From an uncultured virus (IMG/VR IMGVR_UViG_3300025759_000061) (lineage: Duplodnaviria; Heunggongvirae; Uroviricota; Caudoviricetes): a stretch of 56,833 bases of DNA. The notes beneath the pieces were generated by a model that ran no database searches, was not told the DNA's origin, and worked only from the letters and a program-made list of their open reading frames with translations. Position numbers and translations under genes: made by a program. This document shows positions 46,561 through 54,919 of this stretch, piece by piece; position 1 is the stretch's first letter; each line of letters begins with the position of its first letter. The stretch is taken from the IMG/VR virus record IMGVR_UViG_3300025759_000061, positions 62,001-118,833 of that record. One strand, given 5' to 3'.

Positions 46561-47033
46561 TGAAGAATGTATATGAGGTCATGGATGAATTCCTCAAGGC
46601 CACAAACAAGGAAGAACGTATTCAGGTTCTCCGTAGAAACCACACAGGCCCGTTTGAGTCGTTTCTGGTGGGTGTGTTCCACCCGGCTATCCAGTTCCCT
46701 GAAGCCCTAAAGAAGGTGGAGTTCAAACGTGATGACATTCCAGCAGGGATGGCATATGTCAATTTCCAATCGGAAGCCAGACGTATGTATCTGTATGTGA
46801 AGGATCACAAAAATGCACCACACGGTTTAACCGATGAGAGACGTGTAGTGTTGTTCACACAGATGCTTGAAGGAATGGAGCCTAGAGAGGGTGACATGAT
46901 GATGAGATTGGTGAACAAGGACTTGAAAATTCCTTACCTGACACCAAAATTGGTTGAAGAAGCATACCCACACGTTGACCTTGGTCTTAAGAAAGCAGAA
47001 CCAGAGGTTGAAGAGTTTCCAGCAACATCCTAA
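46560..47033 (+). CDS. conserved T4-like hypothetical protein
   Basis: LFTQMLEGMEPRE...KDLK...LVEEAYP. Confidence 0.8.
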   Translation: MKNVYEVMDEFLKATNKEERIQVLRRNHTGPFESFLVGVFHPAIQFPEALKKVEFKRDDIPAGMAYVNFQSEARRMYLYVKDHKNAPHGLTDERRVVLFTQMLEGMEPREGDMMMRLVNKDLKIPYLTPKLVEEAYPHVDLGLKKAEPEVEEFPATS

Positions 47034-47047
47034 AAGGAGATTATATT

Positions 47048-47497
47048 ATGAGATGGATTGCACTTGCTATTGCAGGCTTGGTTTTTTTGACTTCCGGATA
47101 CAGTAATTCGGGTGAAATGGTTCGGTATTTTGCTGAATGGCAATGGTGGTTGACCATGTGGATTCATCTTCCATTAGGTATCGTTGTTTTGCTATTTGTG
47201 ACTGCTGGTCTCAGTGTAGCTGGTGCAGCCGGTGGTGATAAAGTTGGTCATATGGGTCTGGGTGCCCTGCTTGGTGGACTTTCAGGGTTTACAATAAGTT
47301 CTATTATGGTTTCAATATCCGTGATCATGGGATTGCTGGAAGCACATTTGCTATTCACAGCATTCAAGGACTCCACGTCCATTCATCAGTTCGATCAGAA
47401 CTACATGATAATGTATGTCGTTGTGCTTCTGCTAAATATAGTGAGATCAACTCTGTTGAGTTTGAATAACAGAAATAGCAGACAGGAGCCAAAATGA
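47048..47497 (+). CDS. membrane protein
   Basis: AGGAG RBS; several TM helices. Confidence 0.75.
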   Translation: MRWIALAIAGLVFLTSGYSNSGEMVRYFAEWQWWLTMWIHLPLGIVVLLFVTAGLSVAGAAGGDKVGHMGLGALLGGLSGFTISSIMVSISVIMGLLEAHLLFTAFKDSTSIHQFDQNYMIMYVVVLLLNIVRSTLLSLNNRNSRQEPK

Positions 47498-47661
47498 ACG
47501 TATATGTTGTCACAGGTTACAAAAAAGGGTTCACTAGAAAATCCGGGTGGGATATGAAATCCATCCGGACTTTTCGGACTGAAAGAAAAGCCAAGATGGC
47601 CAAAGAAGCCGACTATGATGGGTATGATGACATAACCATTGAAACCGTCAGACTCGAATAG
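47494..47661 (+). CDS. small hypothetical protein (55 aa, not in ORF track)
   Basis: AGGAG RBS, ATGA overlap. Confidence 0.55.
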   Translation: MNVYVVTGYKKGFTRKSGWDMKSIRTFRTERKAKMAKEADYDGYDDITIETVRLE

Positions 47662-47733
47662 AAAATTAGTTGTTGACACACAACCCTTTCACATGTTATA
47701 AGACAATTAATAACGTGAATGAAAGGATTCCAA

Positions 47734-48141
47734 ATGACAGATTCCCCAACAGAAAAAACTCTGGAACAGGGTGTAGCTGAATATTGTATCCTGATGCAGA
47801 AAAGCTACATCCAGACATATGATGGTATGTCTGAGAAGAGACCAGAAAATGCACACTATTACAAAGCCCAGATCAAAGACTACTGTGATGGTATGATCAT
47901 TGAGCCAACCCAGAAATACATCAAGATTTGGAATGGTGAGATTGATGATAGGGGTAATCCCAAGAAACGGTCAATTGCTGCCTTTGTGGTGAGAGCCAAC
48001 AATGTTAAAACAACCAAAGGTGGGTTTTTTAAGGTTGGTGACATTCTGAAACCAGCCAGCACAGCAGGACCAGCACGGAACTTTGCACGGGGTAATGTGC
48101 TCAACAAAATGCCAACCGGTGTTAGATGGACAGGAGCCTGA
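47734..48141 (+). CDS. conserved phage early protein
   Basis: KYIKI...AFV...GDILKPAS..GPARNFARGNV; TTGACA promoter and GAAAGGA RBS. Confidence 0.8.
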   Translation: MTDSPTEKTLEQGVAEYCILMQKSYIQTYDGMSEKRPENAHYYKAQIKDYCDGMIIEPTQKYIKIWNGEIDDRGNPKKRSIAAFVVRANNVKTTKGGFFKVGDILKPASTAGPARNFARGNVLNKMPTGVRWTGA

Positions 48142-48145
48142 TATA

Positions 48146-48751
48146 ATGATTAAACCAAACCTTTTTTGCTTCATAGGTGGTAACAAGCTTTCAATATCTT
48201 GTCAGTCAATGCCAGACAGTTATCTGGTTGATGAGTATGCTGAAGTTGTTGATGTCTTGATGAACTATGTCAAGGGTGATATCAAAAGCATGAAACCAGT
48301 GGATTATTGGATTAAACAGAATATTCTTAATGCCAATTTTCTGATCAGGTATCTGAATGCCATGCATTATGAACTGGAAAATATTCGGAAATCACCTCTC
48401 AAAATCTCTGATGTTCAATTATATATGAAGGGTAAGATTGACATGCATTTTGGTAGCCAAGTACGTGCCGATATGCCCGACATGCCAAATCCTGATATGA
48501 TAGAGCAGGAGTATATGAGCAAGTCAGTTAGGGATGCCTTTCACAAAAAATTCATGGAACAGGTTAAGAAGGATGTCATAAGTGATCCAGAAGCTTTGAC
48601 ATACACCACCAGAGCAGTTTATGAGCCGGTATTGTCTGCAATAGCAGACCATAAGAAGCCGTATGAGTGGAACCACACCAACTTCAGGAAACATTATGAT
48701 GATTTCCGGACCAGCCTTTGGAATGAAGACGGTGCCTTATCCACTAAATAG
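48146..48751 (+). CDS. hypothetical protein
   Basis: AGGAG RBS. Confidence 0.7.
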   Translation: MIKPNLFCFIGGNKLSISCQSMPDSYLVDEYAEVVDVLMNYVKGDIKSMKPVDYWIKQNILNANFLIRYLNAMHYELENIRKSPLKISDVQLYMKGKIDMHFGSQVRADMPDMPNPDMIEQEYMSKSVRDAFHKKFMEQVKKDVISDPEALTYTTRAVYEPVLSAIADHKKPYEWNHTNFRKHYDDFRTSLWNEDGALSTK

Positions 48752-48780
48752 ATCAGTATCATAAACCATGAAGGTGAAAC

Positions 48781-49041
48781 ATGCCGATCTATTCATTCGA
48801 AAACAAGAAGACCGGGGTTCAGTACAATCTGAACCTCTCCATGTCTGAAAGAGAGACATATATCAAGGAACATCCAGAGGTTGAACAAATCTTCACTTCC
48901 CTAAATATAGGTGACCCAGTAAGTCTGGGTGTAACCAAACCGGACCTAGCATTCCGGCAAGATATTATGGGTAAGGTGAAGGAAGCTCATCCAAGAGGAA
49001 ACAACCTTGAACGAAGATACGTGGTCCCACGGGGAGTATAA
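48781..49041 (+). CDS. FmdB-like small protein
   Basis: MPIYSFENKKTG N-terminus; CTAAATA at 48744; typical position before phoH. Confidence 0.7.
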   Translation: MPIYSFENKKTGVQYNLNLSMSERETYIKEHPEVEQIFTSLNIGDPVSLGVTKPDLAFRQDIMGKVKEAHPRGNNLERRYVVPRGV

Positions 49042-49069
49042 GTCAACAAGTAATTTTTAGTATCGTCTG

Positions 49070-49101
49070 AAGGTCATCCACTATTGTGGGTGGCCTTTTT
49101 T
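49070..49101 (+). terminator. terminator
   Basis: aaggtcatcca-ctattg-tgggtggcctt + T tract. Confidence 0.8.
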
Positions 49102-49136
49102 CGTTTATAGCCAACCAAAGGAAAGAAACACCAACC

Positions 49137-49820
49137 ATGGCCAAAAGAAACAAACCCAAGCAGCATTTTGAAATGTCCCATATAAGCCCCATGAACGACA
49201 ATCAAAAGAGAGCTATGCAATCATACCGTTCAGGTCTTAATGTGGTCCTACACGGCTTTGCAGGAACGGGAAAGACATATCTATCGTTGTATTTGGCATT
49301 GGAAGAGTTGATAACCAAGAAATCCTTTGAGTTTGATAAGGTGATCATCGTGAGAAGTGTTGTGGCCAGCCGGGACATGGGATTTCTACCCGGTTCAATA
49401 CGTGAGAAATCACGGATATTTGAAGAGCCGTATAAACAGATTGCTGATGATCTCTTTGGGAGAGGTGATGGCTATGAAGTCCTGAAGATGAAGAAGATGG
49501 TGGAGTTTACCACCACGTCATATCTGAGAGGTATGACATTCGAAAGGGCCATAGTGATTGTTGATGAAATCCAGAACATGACATTCTCTGAACTGGATAC
49601 TGTCATAACCCGGATGGGTGACACATCCAGAATCATATTCTCTGGTGATTTCAGGCAAACTGACTTAAAAAAGTCAGAAGAGTTGTCTGGGGTGAAACAG
49701 TTTCTAAATATAACTAAGAGGATGAAGAATTTTGAGTATGTTGAATTCACCAAGGAAGACATTGTAAGGTCCGGGTTGGTGAAGGATTACATCATTACAA
49801 AAACTGAAATGTCAGGATGA
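49137..49820 (+). CDS. phoH: PhoH-family ATPase
   Basis: GFAGTGKT, GFLPG, YLRGMT, DEIQN, GDFRQTD, DIVRSG. Confidence 0.95.
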   Translation: MAKRNKPKQHFEMSHISPMNDNQKRAMQSYRSGLNVVLHGFAGTGKTYLSLYLALEELITKKSFEFDKVIIVRSVVASRDMGFLPGSIREKSRIFEEPYKQIADDLFGRGDGYEVLKMKKMVEFTTTSYLRGMTFERAIVIVDEIQNMTFSELDTVITRMGDTSRIIFSGDFRQTDLKKSEELSGVKQFLNITKRMKNFEYVEFTKEDIVRSGLVKDYIITKTEMSG

Positions 49821-49823
49821 TAC

Positions 49824-50471
49824 GTGTTAAAGAAGCAAACACTTGATGTGAGATACGACAAGGGTTTCAGGGAATACCAGTTGCCTACGGGTGACTGGGT
49901 TCCATCTGTCACCACCATTTTAGGACAGACAAAGCCAGAATCGGCAAAGGCTGGTCTGGAGAACTGGAGAAAAAGGGTTGGTGATGAGGAAGCCGATAGG
50001 ATAACCAAAAGAGCCGGTAGCAATGGTGAGAAGCTACACACAGCTTGTGAGAATTATCTGAAATATGAGGACGTTGAATTTGAAGACGATCCCTTCACCA
50101 AATCTTTGTTCATGAATATAAGACCGGTTCTGGACAGGATAACACCTTTCACCCAAGAAGTTCAATTGTGGTCAACACGACTCAAGACGGCTGGACGGGT
50201 TGATGTTATCGGATTGTTTGACGTTGATATGTCAATTATCGATTTCAAGAATTCCAGAAAGATGAAGAAACGGGAATGGATTGATGACTATTTCATCCAA
50301 GCCACAACCTATTCATTGATGTATTATGAGATGACAGGGTGCTTTGTAAAGAACATCGTCATCCCTATGACTTCGTTGGAAGAGAACTACACCAAGATTT
50401 TCAAAGGTCAGGTGTTGGACTACAAGGATGAAGCCATAAAAAGAATCACTAGCTGGAAAGAACCACCATGA
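49824..50471 (+). CDS. PD-(D/E)XK exonuclease
   Basis: PSVTTIL, WRKRVG, AGRVD, IIDFK, YFIQ...Y. Confidence 0.9.
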   Translation: MLKKQTLDVRYDKGFREYQLPTGDWVPSVTTILGQTKPESAKAGLENWRKRVGDEEADRITKRAGSNGEKLHTACENYLKYEDVEFEDDPFTKSLFMNIRPVLDRITPFTQEVQLWSTRLKTAGRVDVIGLFDVDMSIIDFKNSRKMKKREWIDDYFIQATTYSLMYYEMTGCFVKNIVIPMTSLEENYTKIFKGQVLDYKDEAIKRITSWKEPP

Positions 50472-51418
50472 AAAACGTTTTCATCACATTCTCACTAACC
50501 GTCATGATCATGATATTTGGAACACTGTACCTGTTGAACGAAAATACAGTGGAGTCTCTTGTCAAAAGGAATGTCAACTCTGTTTATCTCGTAGAGAGTG
50601 AAAGTATCAATAAAGAAGGTAAGAAGGGTGTTGGAATGGGCACGGGGTTCCTTTTCAATAAGGAATATGTTGTGACTAATGCCCACGTTGTTGGGAATGC
50701 AAAGGTTGTCACCTTGATTAGTAAAGATGGGAAGAAAATCCGGGTGCCGGTTGTTGCTACGGATGTAGATGCAGATGTTGCAGTGGTCCGGTTGGTTGGT
50801 GAGAATGCTAAAAATCCCCCCAGAGTTCTGAGATTTTGCAGACGTGATGAGATTGTACTGGGTGAGGATGTAATTGGTATCGGACACCCATGGGGTTTGA
50901 TCTGGACGATCACACGTGGTATTGTGTCCGGTTATGACAGGTTTGCCGGATCAGGACGATCCGTACCATTGGTCCAGACCGACACGAAAATCCTTCAGGG
51001 TAATTCTGGTGGTCCATTGATATCCGTAAAAAACGATTGTGTTGTAGCCATGAATACAATGGTGAATGTTGCTGATCAGACAAAAGGCAGATTCGGCAAC
51101 ATCCCATTCTCTATTGATGGTGATTATCTCAGAACCCGTATCCATGACCTGATCAAACATAAGAAGATTAAGAACCTGATTCTTGGAATCCAGTTCGATA
51201 GTGACAAGGGTTTGTATGTCAAGGTGGTTGTGCCGTTCAGTCTGGCAAGTAAAATAGACATGAGGATCGGTGATATCATCCATTCTATCAATGGTAAGCC
51301 GTTGACAGACGTGATGGTGTTGAAATCCACCCTGTATAAAATCAGGCAGGATGAGAAATTTATCGTTACAGTTCAAAGGGATGGAAAAAAATTGAACATT
51401 TTTGGAAAAAACTCTTGA
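50468..51418 (+). CDS. HtrA/DegP-like trypsin protease with N-terminal TM and PDZ domain
   Basis: TNAHVV, DVAV, GNSGGPL; GDIIHSING. Confidence 0.92.
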   Translation: MKNVFITFSLTVMIMIFGTLYLLNENTVESLVKRNVNSVYLVESESINKEGKKGVGMGTGFLFNKEYVVTNAHVVGNAKVVTLISKDGKKIRVPVVATDVDADVAVVRLVGENAKNPPRVLRFCRRDEIVLGEDVIGIGHPWGLIWTITRGIVSGYDRFAGSGRSVPLVQTDTKILQGNSGGPLISVKNDCVVAMNTMVNVADQTKGRFGNIPFSIDGDYLRTRIHDLIKHKKIKNLILGIQFDSDKGLYVKVVVPFSLASKIDMRIGDIIHSINGKPLTDVMVLKSTLYKIRQDEKFIVTVQRDGKKLNIFGKNS

Positions 51419-51443
51419 CTCTTTGAGAATGTTCAGGTAGAAC
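51415..51443 (+). promoter_or_regulatory. sigma70-type promoter of ncRNA unit
   Basis: TTGACT-N17-TAGAAC. Confidence 0.6.
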
Positions 51444-51470
51444 TGTAATCAAGAAAGAAGGAAAGAACAA

Positions 51471-51608
51471 ATCAAGTGCTTTGATGGGTTATGGGGTTTG
51501 GCCCCCGTCGATAACCACCACCGTGAAGTTCCTTGTGGTTAAGTGAACAAAACAGTGATCAGATGGCCCGGAAGTCGAGAGCCGGGGTAGCCTTTCAAAG
51601 CACTTGAT
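51471..51608 (+). ncRNA. 138-nt structured RNA of unknown family
   Basis: Perfect 14-bp closing stem ATCAAGTGCTTTGA/TCAAAGCACTTGAT; internal hairpins; no ORF. Confidence 0.7.
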
Positions 51609-51618
51609 AAAGAATTTA

Positions 51619-51710
51619 TGGTTGTGGTCGTTTAATGGAAGACAGTTGATGATTATCTAATCCTTTCTCTAATCATCAAAAGATGTTGGTTCGACTCCAA
51701 CACACAACCA
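51619..51710 (+). ncRNA. tRNA-like RNA with extended anticodon arm carrying an anti-SD loop
   Basis: TGGTTGTG/CACAACCA stem, D-arm GTTTAATGGAAGAC, T-arm GTTGG-TTCGACT-CCAAC, 10-bp arm TTGATGATTA/TAATCATCAA with loop TCTAATCCTTTCTC. Confidence 0.8.
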
Positions 51711-51720
51711 ACCCTATTAG

Positions 51721-51752
51721 CTAGAGGTATTTTCTGTCCTTTCTCCCTCTAG
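51721..51752 (+). ncRNA. hairpin with second TCCTTTCTC loop
   Basis: CTAGAGG/CCTCTAG stem, loop TATTTTCTGTCCTTTCTC. Confidence 0.7.
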
Positions 51753-51760
51753 GAAACTTG

Positions 51761-51797
51761 ACACCCCTTGGATTAATTTCCATAGGGGTGTTTTTTT
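51761..51797 (+). terminator. Rho-independent terminator closing the ncRNA unit
   Basis: acacccct..tgga/tcca..aggggtgt + T tract. Confidence 0.88.
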
Positions 51798-51852
51798 GTT
51801 GACACCAATCTCAGATATGCTATTGTGTAGACATAAGAGGAAAGGACACATT

Positions 51853-52032
51853 ATGGATTTCAAATTTTACATTGAGCATCATGGAGCAGTAGACCTGTTT
51901 TCCCGTGAGGGTTTCAACGAAAAGGAAGCTGCCCGTGCATATGCATCCGGTCTGGTATCCAGTCTGGAAGATGGTGACTTCATCAAGTTTGTTGAAGCTG
52001 ATGAGTTTTATGACAAGAATGAGTATGTGTAA
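51853..52032 (+). CDS. small early protein
   Basis: TTGACA...GCTATT promoter; GAAAGGA RBS. Confidence 0.65.
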   Translation: MDFKFYIEHHGAVDLFSREGFNEKEAARAYASGLVSSLEDGDFIKFVEADEFYDKNEYV

Positions 52033-52050
52033 CTAGAAAGGAAACAAGTT

Positions 52051-52329
52051 ATGATACTGAACAAGCCAATTATCCGTGTTGAGCCTGCCGATGGTACAGA
52101 TGGTCTATCCCGGTTCTACACGAGCCTGAAACCTGCACTGAAGTATGCAGTCCAACAGGTCCGGAAGGGTGTTGATGGTCCTGACTATGGGTCACAAGCC
52201 TATGTGTCGAGTACGGATATTGACTTCAAGTCCCTGAACGTGTTCCGGAACATTGGTTCTTCCAAAGTGATAGCCGACTATCACAAGGATGATGGAACTA
52301 TCGGTTACTATGATCTGGGAGACCTGTAA
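52051..52329 (+). CDS. hypothetical early protein
   Basis: AGAAAGGA RBS. Confidence 0.7.
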   Translation: MILNKPIIRVEPADGTDGLSRFYTSLKPALKYAVQQVRKGVDGPDYGSQAYVSSTDIDFKSLNVFRNIGSSKVIADYHKDDGTIGYYDLGDL

Positions 52330-52330
52330 G

Positions 52331-52660
52331 ATGTGTGAAGTTCTGACATTTGAAGAGTTTGCTACCCAACGTGGTCTTGCACCATCATGGGGTGATGCCG
52401 GTCTCCATTCAGGTGCTGCACATGTGCCGAAAAGATCACGGAAACGTCATCTCCAACTGGTAGCAGAAAAAGATGCTGCACTGCAACGTGCCCGTGACCT
52501 GTTGAGGGATGTTTATGCTGGTCGGGTGGAACAAGGTTTGATCAAACCACCAAGCCACTACCAGAGAATCCGAAAGACTGCCATGGGTCATCAGGATAAT
52601 GAATCTGTCCAAGCTGCCCGTAAAATCCTCTTGAAAACATATGGTGAAGAAATCACTTGA
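52331..52660 (+). CDS. hypothetical protein
   Basis: GGAG RBS; GHQDNESVQAARK. Confidence 0.7.
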   Translation: MCEVLTFEEFATQRGLAPSWGDAGLHSGAAHVPKRSRKRHLQLVAEKDAALQRARDLLRDVYAGRVEQGLIKPPSHYQRIRKTAMGHQDNESVQAARKILLKTYGEEIT

Positions 52661-52684
52661 CTCCATGTCTCCATGTGCTATTAT
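52657..52684 (+). promoter_or_regulatory. early promoter (copy of the 4341 promoter)
   Basis: TTGACT...GCTATTAT. Confidence 0.75.
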
Positions 52685-52723
52685 CTAGTTATAAGAGAGA
52701 AACAGAGAGAAAGGAACTAAGAA

Positions 52724-53104
52724 ATGGGTATGAAATTTGAAGAGTATCAAATAGTACATGGAATTGACCTGAAACAGGGTTGGGTAGCAACCAATGCACA
52801 CAAGCCAGTGAAGATCAACAAGAACACTAAAGATAAGTATGAACTGTGGGTTGATGGTGATTATAAAGCCCAGTATGATACATTTGACATAGCAACCCGG
52901 TATGCAGAAGCACAGGTTTCCTTCCACACACCATACCAGAACCCAGTCAAACCCGACACAGTGGAACTGACTGCTTGGGATGTTGCAGCACTGGAACACT
53001 CTGTTAACGTAGCCATCGAAGCCGGAAGCATCCACCGGGAAAGTGGTGAAGCCCTGCTGAAAAAGTTCAAGGGTGCCTTTGGTGTGACCCTCAAATATTC
53101 GTGA
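52724..53104 (+). CDS. hypothetical early protein
   Basis: AGAGAAAGGA RBS. Confidence 0.75.
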   Translation: MGMKFEEYQIVHGIDLKQGWVATNAHKPVKINKNTKDKYELWVDGDYKAQYDTFDIATRYAEAQVSFHTPYQNPVKPDTVELTAWDVAALEHSVNVAIEAGSIHRESGEALLKKFKGAFGVTLKYS

Positions 53105-53110
53105 AAGAAA

Positions 53111-53172
53111 GGGTTGACTCCGGTCAGCCCTTCTGGCATTATATGGGTATAGAGAGAAACACGAGAAAGGAA
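53111..53172 (+). repeat. early cassette copy 3
   Basis: gggttgactccggtcagcccttctggcattat...gagaaagga. Confidence 0.9.
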
Positions 53173-53178
53173 CTCCCC

Positions 53179-53448
53179 ATGAAGAATTTGGTCCCACCGG
53201 TAGTTAACATGAACGGTAACAGCAAAAGTGATCTGGTCAATCAGATCATGAACATTGCCAACCAGTTGGAAGATGCTGTTGGTGCTCTCTACAGCACGGA
53301 CATTTACCACGGTCGGAATTTCCAGACCTGCCACAATTCGGAAGAAGTTCGGGATGCTGCCATTGCTGCCTTGGGTGAACGGATTGAAGCCTTGCAGGAG
53401 ATGAAGATGGATTTTGTCCGGATGGGTATGGAAGTCTCCGGACATTGA
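53179..53448 (+). CDS. hypothetical early protein
   Basis: ATG after cassette RBS; PVVNMNGNS...HGRNFQ. Confidence 0.75.
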   Translation: MKNLVPPVVNMNGNSKSDLVNQIMNIANQLEDAVGALYSTDIYHGRNFQTCHNSEEVRDAAIAALGERIEALQEMKMDFVRMGMEVSGH

Positions 53449-53455
53449 AAATTAG

Positions 53456-53517
53456 GGGTTGACTCCGGTCAGCCCTTCTGGCATTCTCTGGGTATAGAGA
53501 GAAGCAAGAGAAAGGAA
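53456..53517 (+). repeat. early cassette copy 4
   Basis: Same core; -10 CATTCT. Confidence 0.9.
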
Positions 53518-53525
53518 ACGAGACG

Positions 53526-53774
53526 ATGACGAAACTTTCACCCAACCAGATTGAGACCATGAAAACTCTTTCCAACCATGTTGGTGAAGAAGTTTGGGTT
53601 CTCACCAGCCAAGCCACTGCCAATGTTCCTAGTAGCTTCGTTCGTAAAGCAGTGACCACAACCAAAAAACCCACTCTTGCAGGTCTGGAAAAAAAGGGTT
53701 ACATTAAAATCGTATCCACATACTGGAAGGGTGCAACAATCAAAATATTGAAAGGGTATGATGATGACATTTAA
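53526..53774 (+). CDS. hypothetical early protein (possible winged helix)
   Basis: LSPNQ...TLAGLEKKGYI. Confidence 0.7.
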   Translation: MTKLSPNQIETMKTLSNHVGEEVWVLTSQATANVPSSFVRKAVTTTKKPTLAGLEKKGYIKIVSTYWKGATIKILKGYDDDI

Positions 53775-53793
53775 CCAATGGAATGAAAATTAG

Positions 53794-53857
53794 GGGTTGA
53801 CATGAGTCGGCCCTTCTGGCATTATGTATGTGTAGTCAGAAAACAGAGAGAAAGGAA
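53794..53857 (+). repeat. early cassette copy 5 (loop variant ATGA)
   Basis: gggttgac-atga-gtcggccc retains pairing. Confidence 0.88.
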
Positions 53858-53864
53858 CTCCAAA

Positions 53865-54044
53865 ATGACTTTTACAGAAGCCCTTCAGATTATCCATGAC
53901 GAATATGGTCAGGACACTTTGGTTGCACTCGAAAACATCCAGCATGATCTGGATGATGATGGAGACGGTTGGGTGGGAACCGAAGTCCGGGAAGCCTATG
54001 ATGTTGCCATGGGTGGTTTCCGGAACTTGTTTGCTCCAGCCTGA
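53865..54044 (+). CDS. small early protein
   Basis: ATG after cassette RBS. Confidence 0.7.
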   Translation: MTFTEALQIIHDEYGQDTLVALENIQHDLDDDGDGWVGTEVREAYDVAMGGFRNLFAPA

Positions 54045-54052
54045 AAAGAAAA

Positions 54053-54116
54053 GGGTTGACTTCGGTCAGCCCTTGTGGCACTCTCTGGTCATAAGAGAGA
54101 AACACGAAGAAAGGAA
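54053..54116 (+). repeat. early cassette copy 6 (loop variant TTCG)
   Basis: gggttgac-ttcg-gtcagccc. Confidence 0.88.
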
Positions 54117-54121
54117 ACCAA

Positions 54122-54298
54122 ATGTTCAAGATTGAATTTGATACCGGAAACGATGCTTTTCAGGATGGTCTGGGTGATCTGGAGATTGCTCGTATCCTCT
54201 CACACCTCAAGAACAACATTCTAAATGGTATCACTGAGGGTGGTGTCTACGATATGAACGGTAACAAGGTTGGAACCTACGAATGGGAGCAGTCATGA
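54122..54298 (+). CDS. small conserved phage protein (58 aa, not in ORF track)
   Basis: MFKIEFDTGNDAF...EIARIL...DMNGNKVG. Confidence 0.75.
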   Translation: MFKIEFDTGNDAFQDGLGDLEIARILSHLKNNILNGITEGGVYDMNGNKVGTYEWEQS

Positions 54299-54459
54299 GT
54301 AAGATTGAAGAGAAGAAGAACAAACGTATACACGAAAATCCCGGATTGTACGGGTATCGTGAAGGGATTGGTCCGGAAGAGATTGATCAGTTTGAAGCAG
54401 AGTTGGATAAACTCTATGGTCCTGCTGAAACCATCACACTCACGAAGAGGTTCAAATGA
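54295..54459 (+). CDS. small hypothetical protein (54 aa, not in ORF track)
   Basis: ATGA overlaps at both ends, GGAG RBS. Confidence 0.65.
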   Translation: MSKIEEKKNKRIHENPGLYGYREGIGPEEIDQFEAELDKLYGPAETITLTKRFK

Positions 54460-54680
54460 GCAAATTCAACTGGGATGATGTTGTGTACAAAGACCCACGT
54501 GGGAAGAACAACACAACTTTCGTTGTAACCCATAGGGACATAACCGGTATGGTTGGTCCACAAGACAAATACTCCATGTGGGTTCTCGACAAGGGTAGTA
54601 AGGTCTTGGACGATCTTGGATCACACATCTCAATTGATGGTGCAAAAGCATTTGCAGAACACAGGGGTCTTGTAGGATGA
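54456..54680 (+). CDS. hypothetical protein
   Basis: GAGG RBS, ATGA overlap. Confidence 0.7.
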   Translation: MSKFNWDDVVYKDPRGKNNTTFVVTHRDITGMVGPQDKYSMWVLDKGSKVLDDLGSHISIDGAKAFAEHRGLVG

Positions 54681-54919
54681 AACCACTGGATGACACAAAA
54701 GCCGACCGGAACAAGAGGATTCTTGAACAGGTCCGGAAACTCACACTTGGTGATGTCCGTGAACATCTGGAAAATGTTGATGGACTCATGTGGATTGAAG
54801 TCAACATTCTTGATCCAATCAATGTGAGCCGGAAGTTTGCAGAAGATGCAGAAGACATCATGTTCAGGGAAATTGATGAGTTGTCAATTGAACAAACCCT
54901 GAAAGGTTTTATGGGTTGA
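54677..54919 (+). CDS. hypothetical protein
   Basis: ATGA overlap; stop codon lies inside the next cassette. Confidence 0.7.
   Translation: MKPLDDTKADRNKRILEQVRKLTLGDVREHLENVDGLMWIEVNILDPINVSRKFAEDAEDIMFREIDELSIEQTLKGFMG

Noticed and set aside
51471..51608. Retron msr-msd, RNase P or SRP RNA
   Set aside because: There is no reverse transcriptase in the window and none of the conserved RNase P or SRP motifs.
51619..51710. Amber-suppressor or intron-containing tRNA (CTA in loop)
   Set aside because: No 7-nt anticodon loop can be drawn around CTA, there is no group I or BHB structure, CCA is not canonical, and TAG is used as a normal stop in the window.
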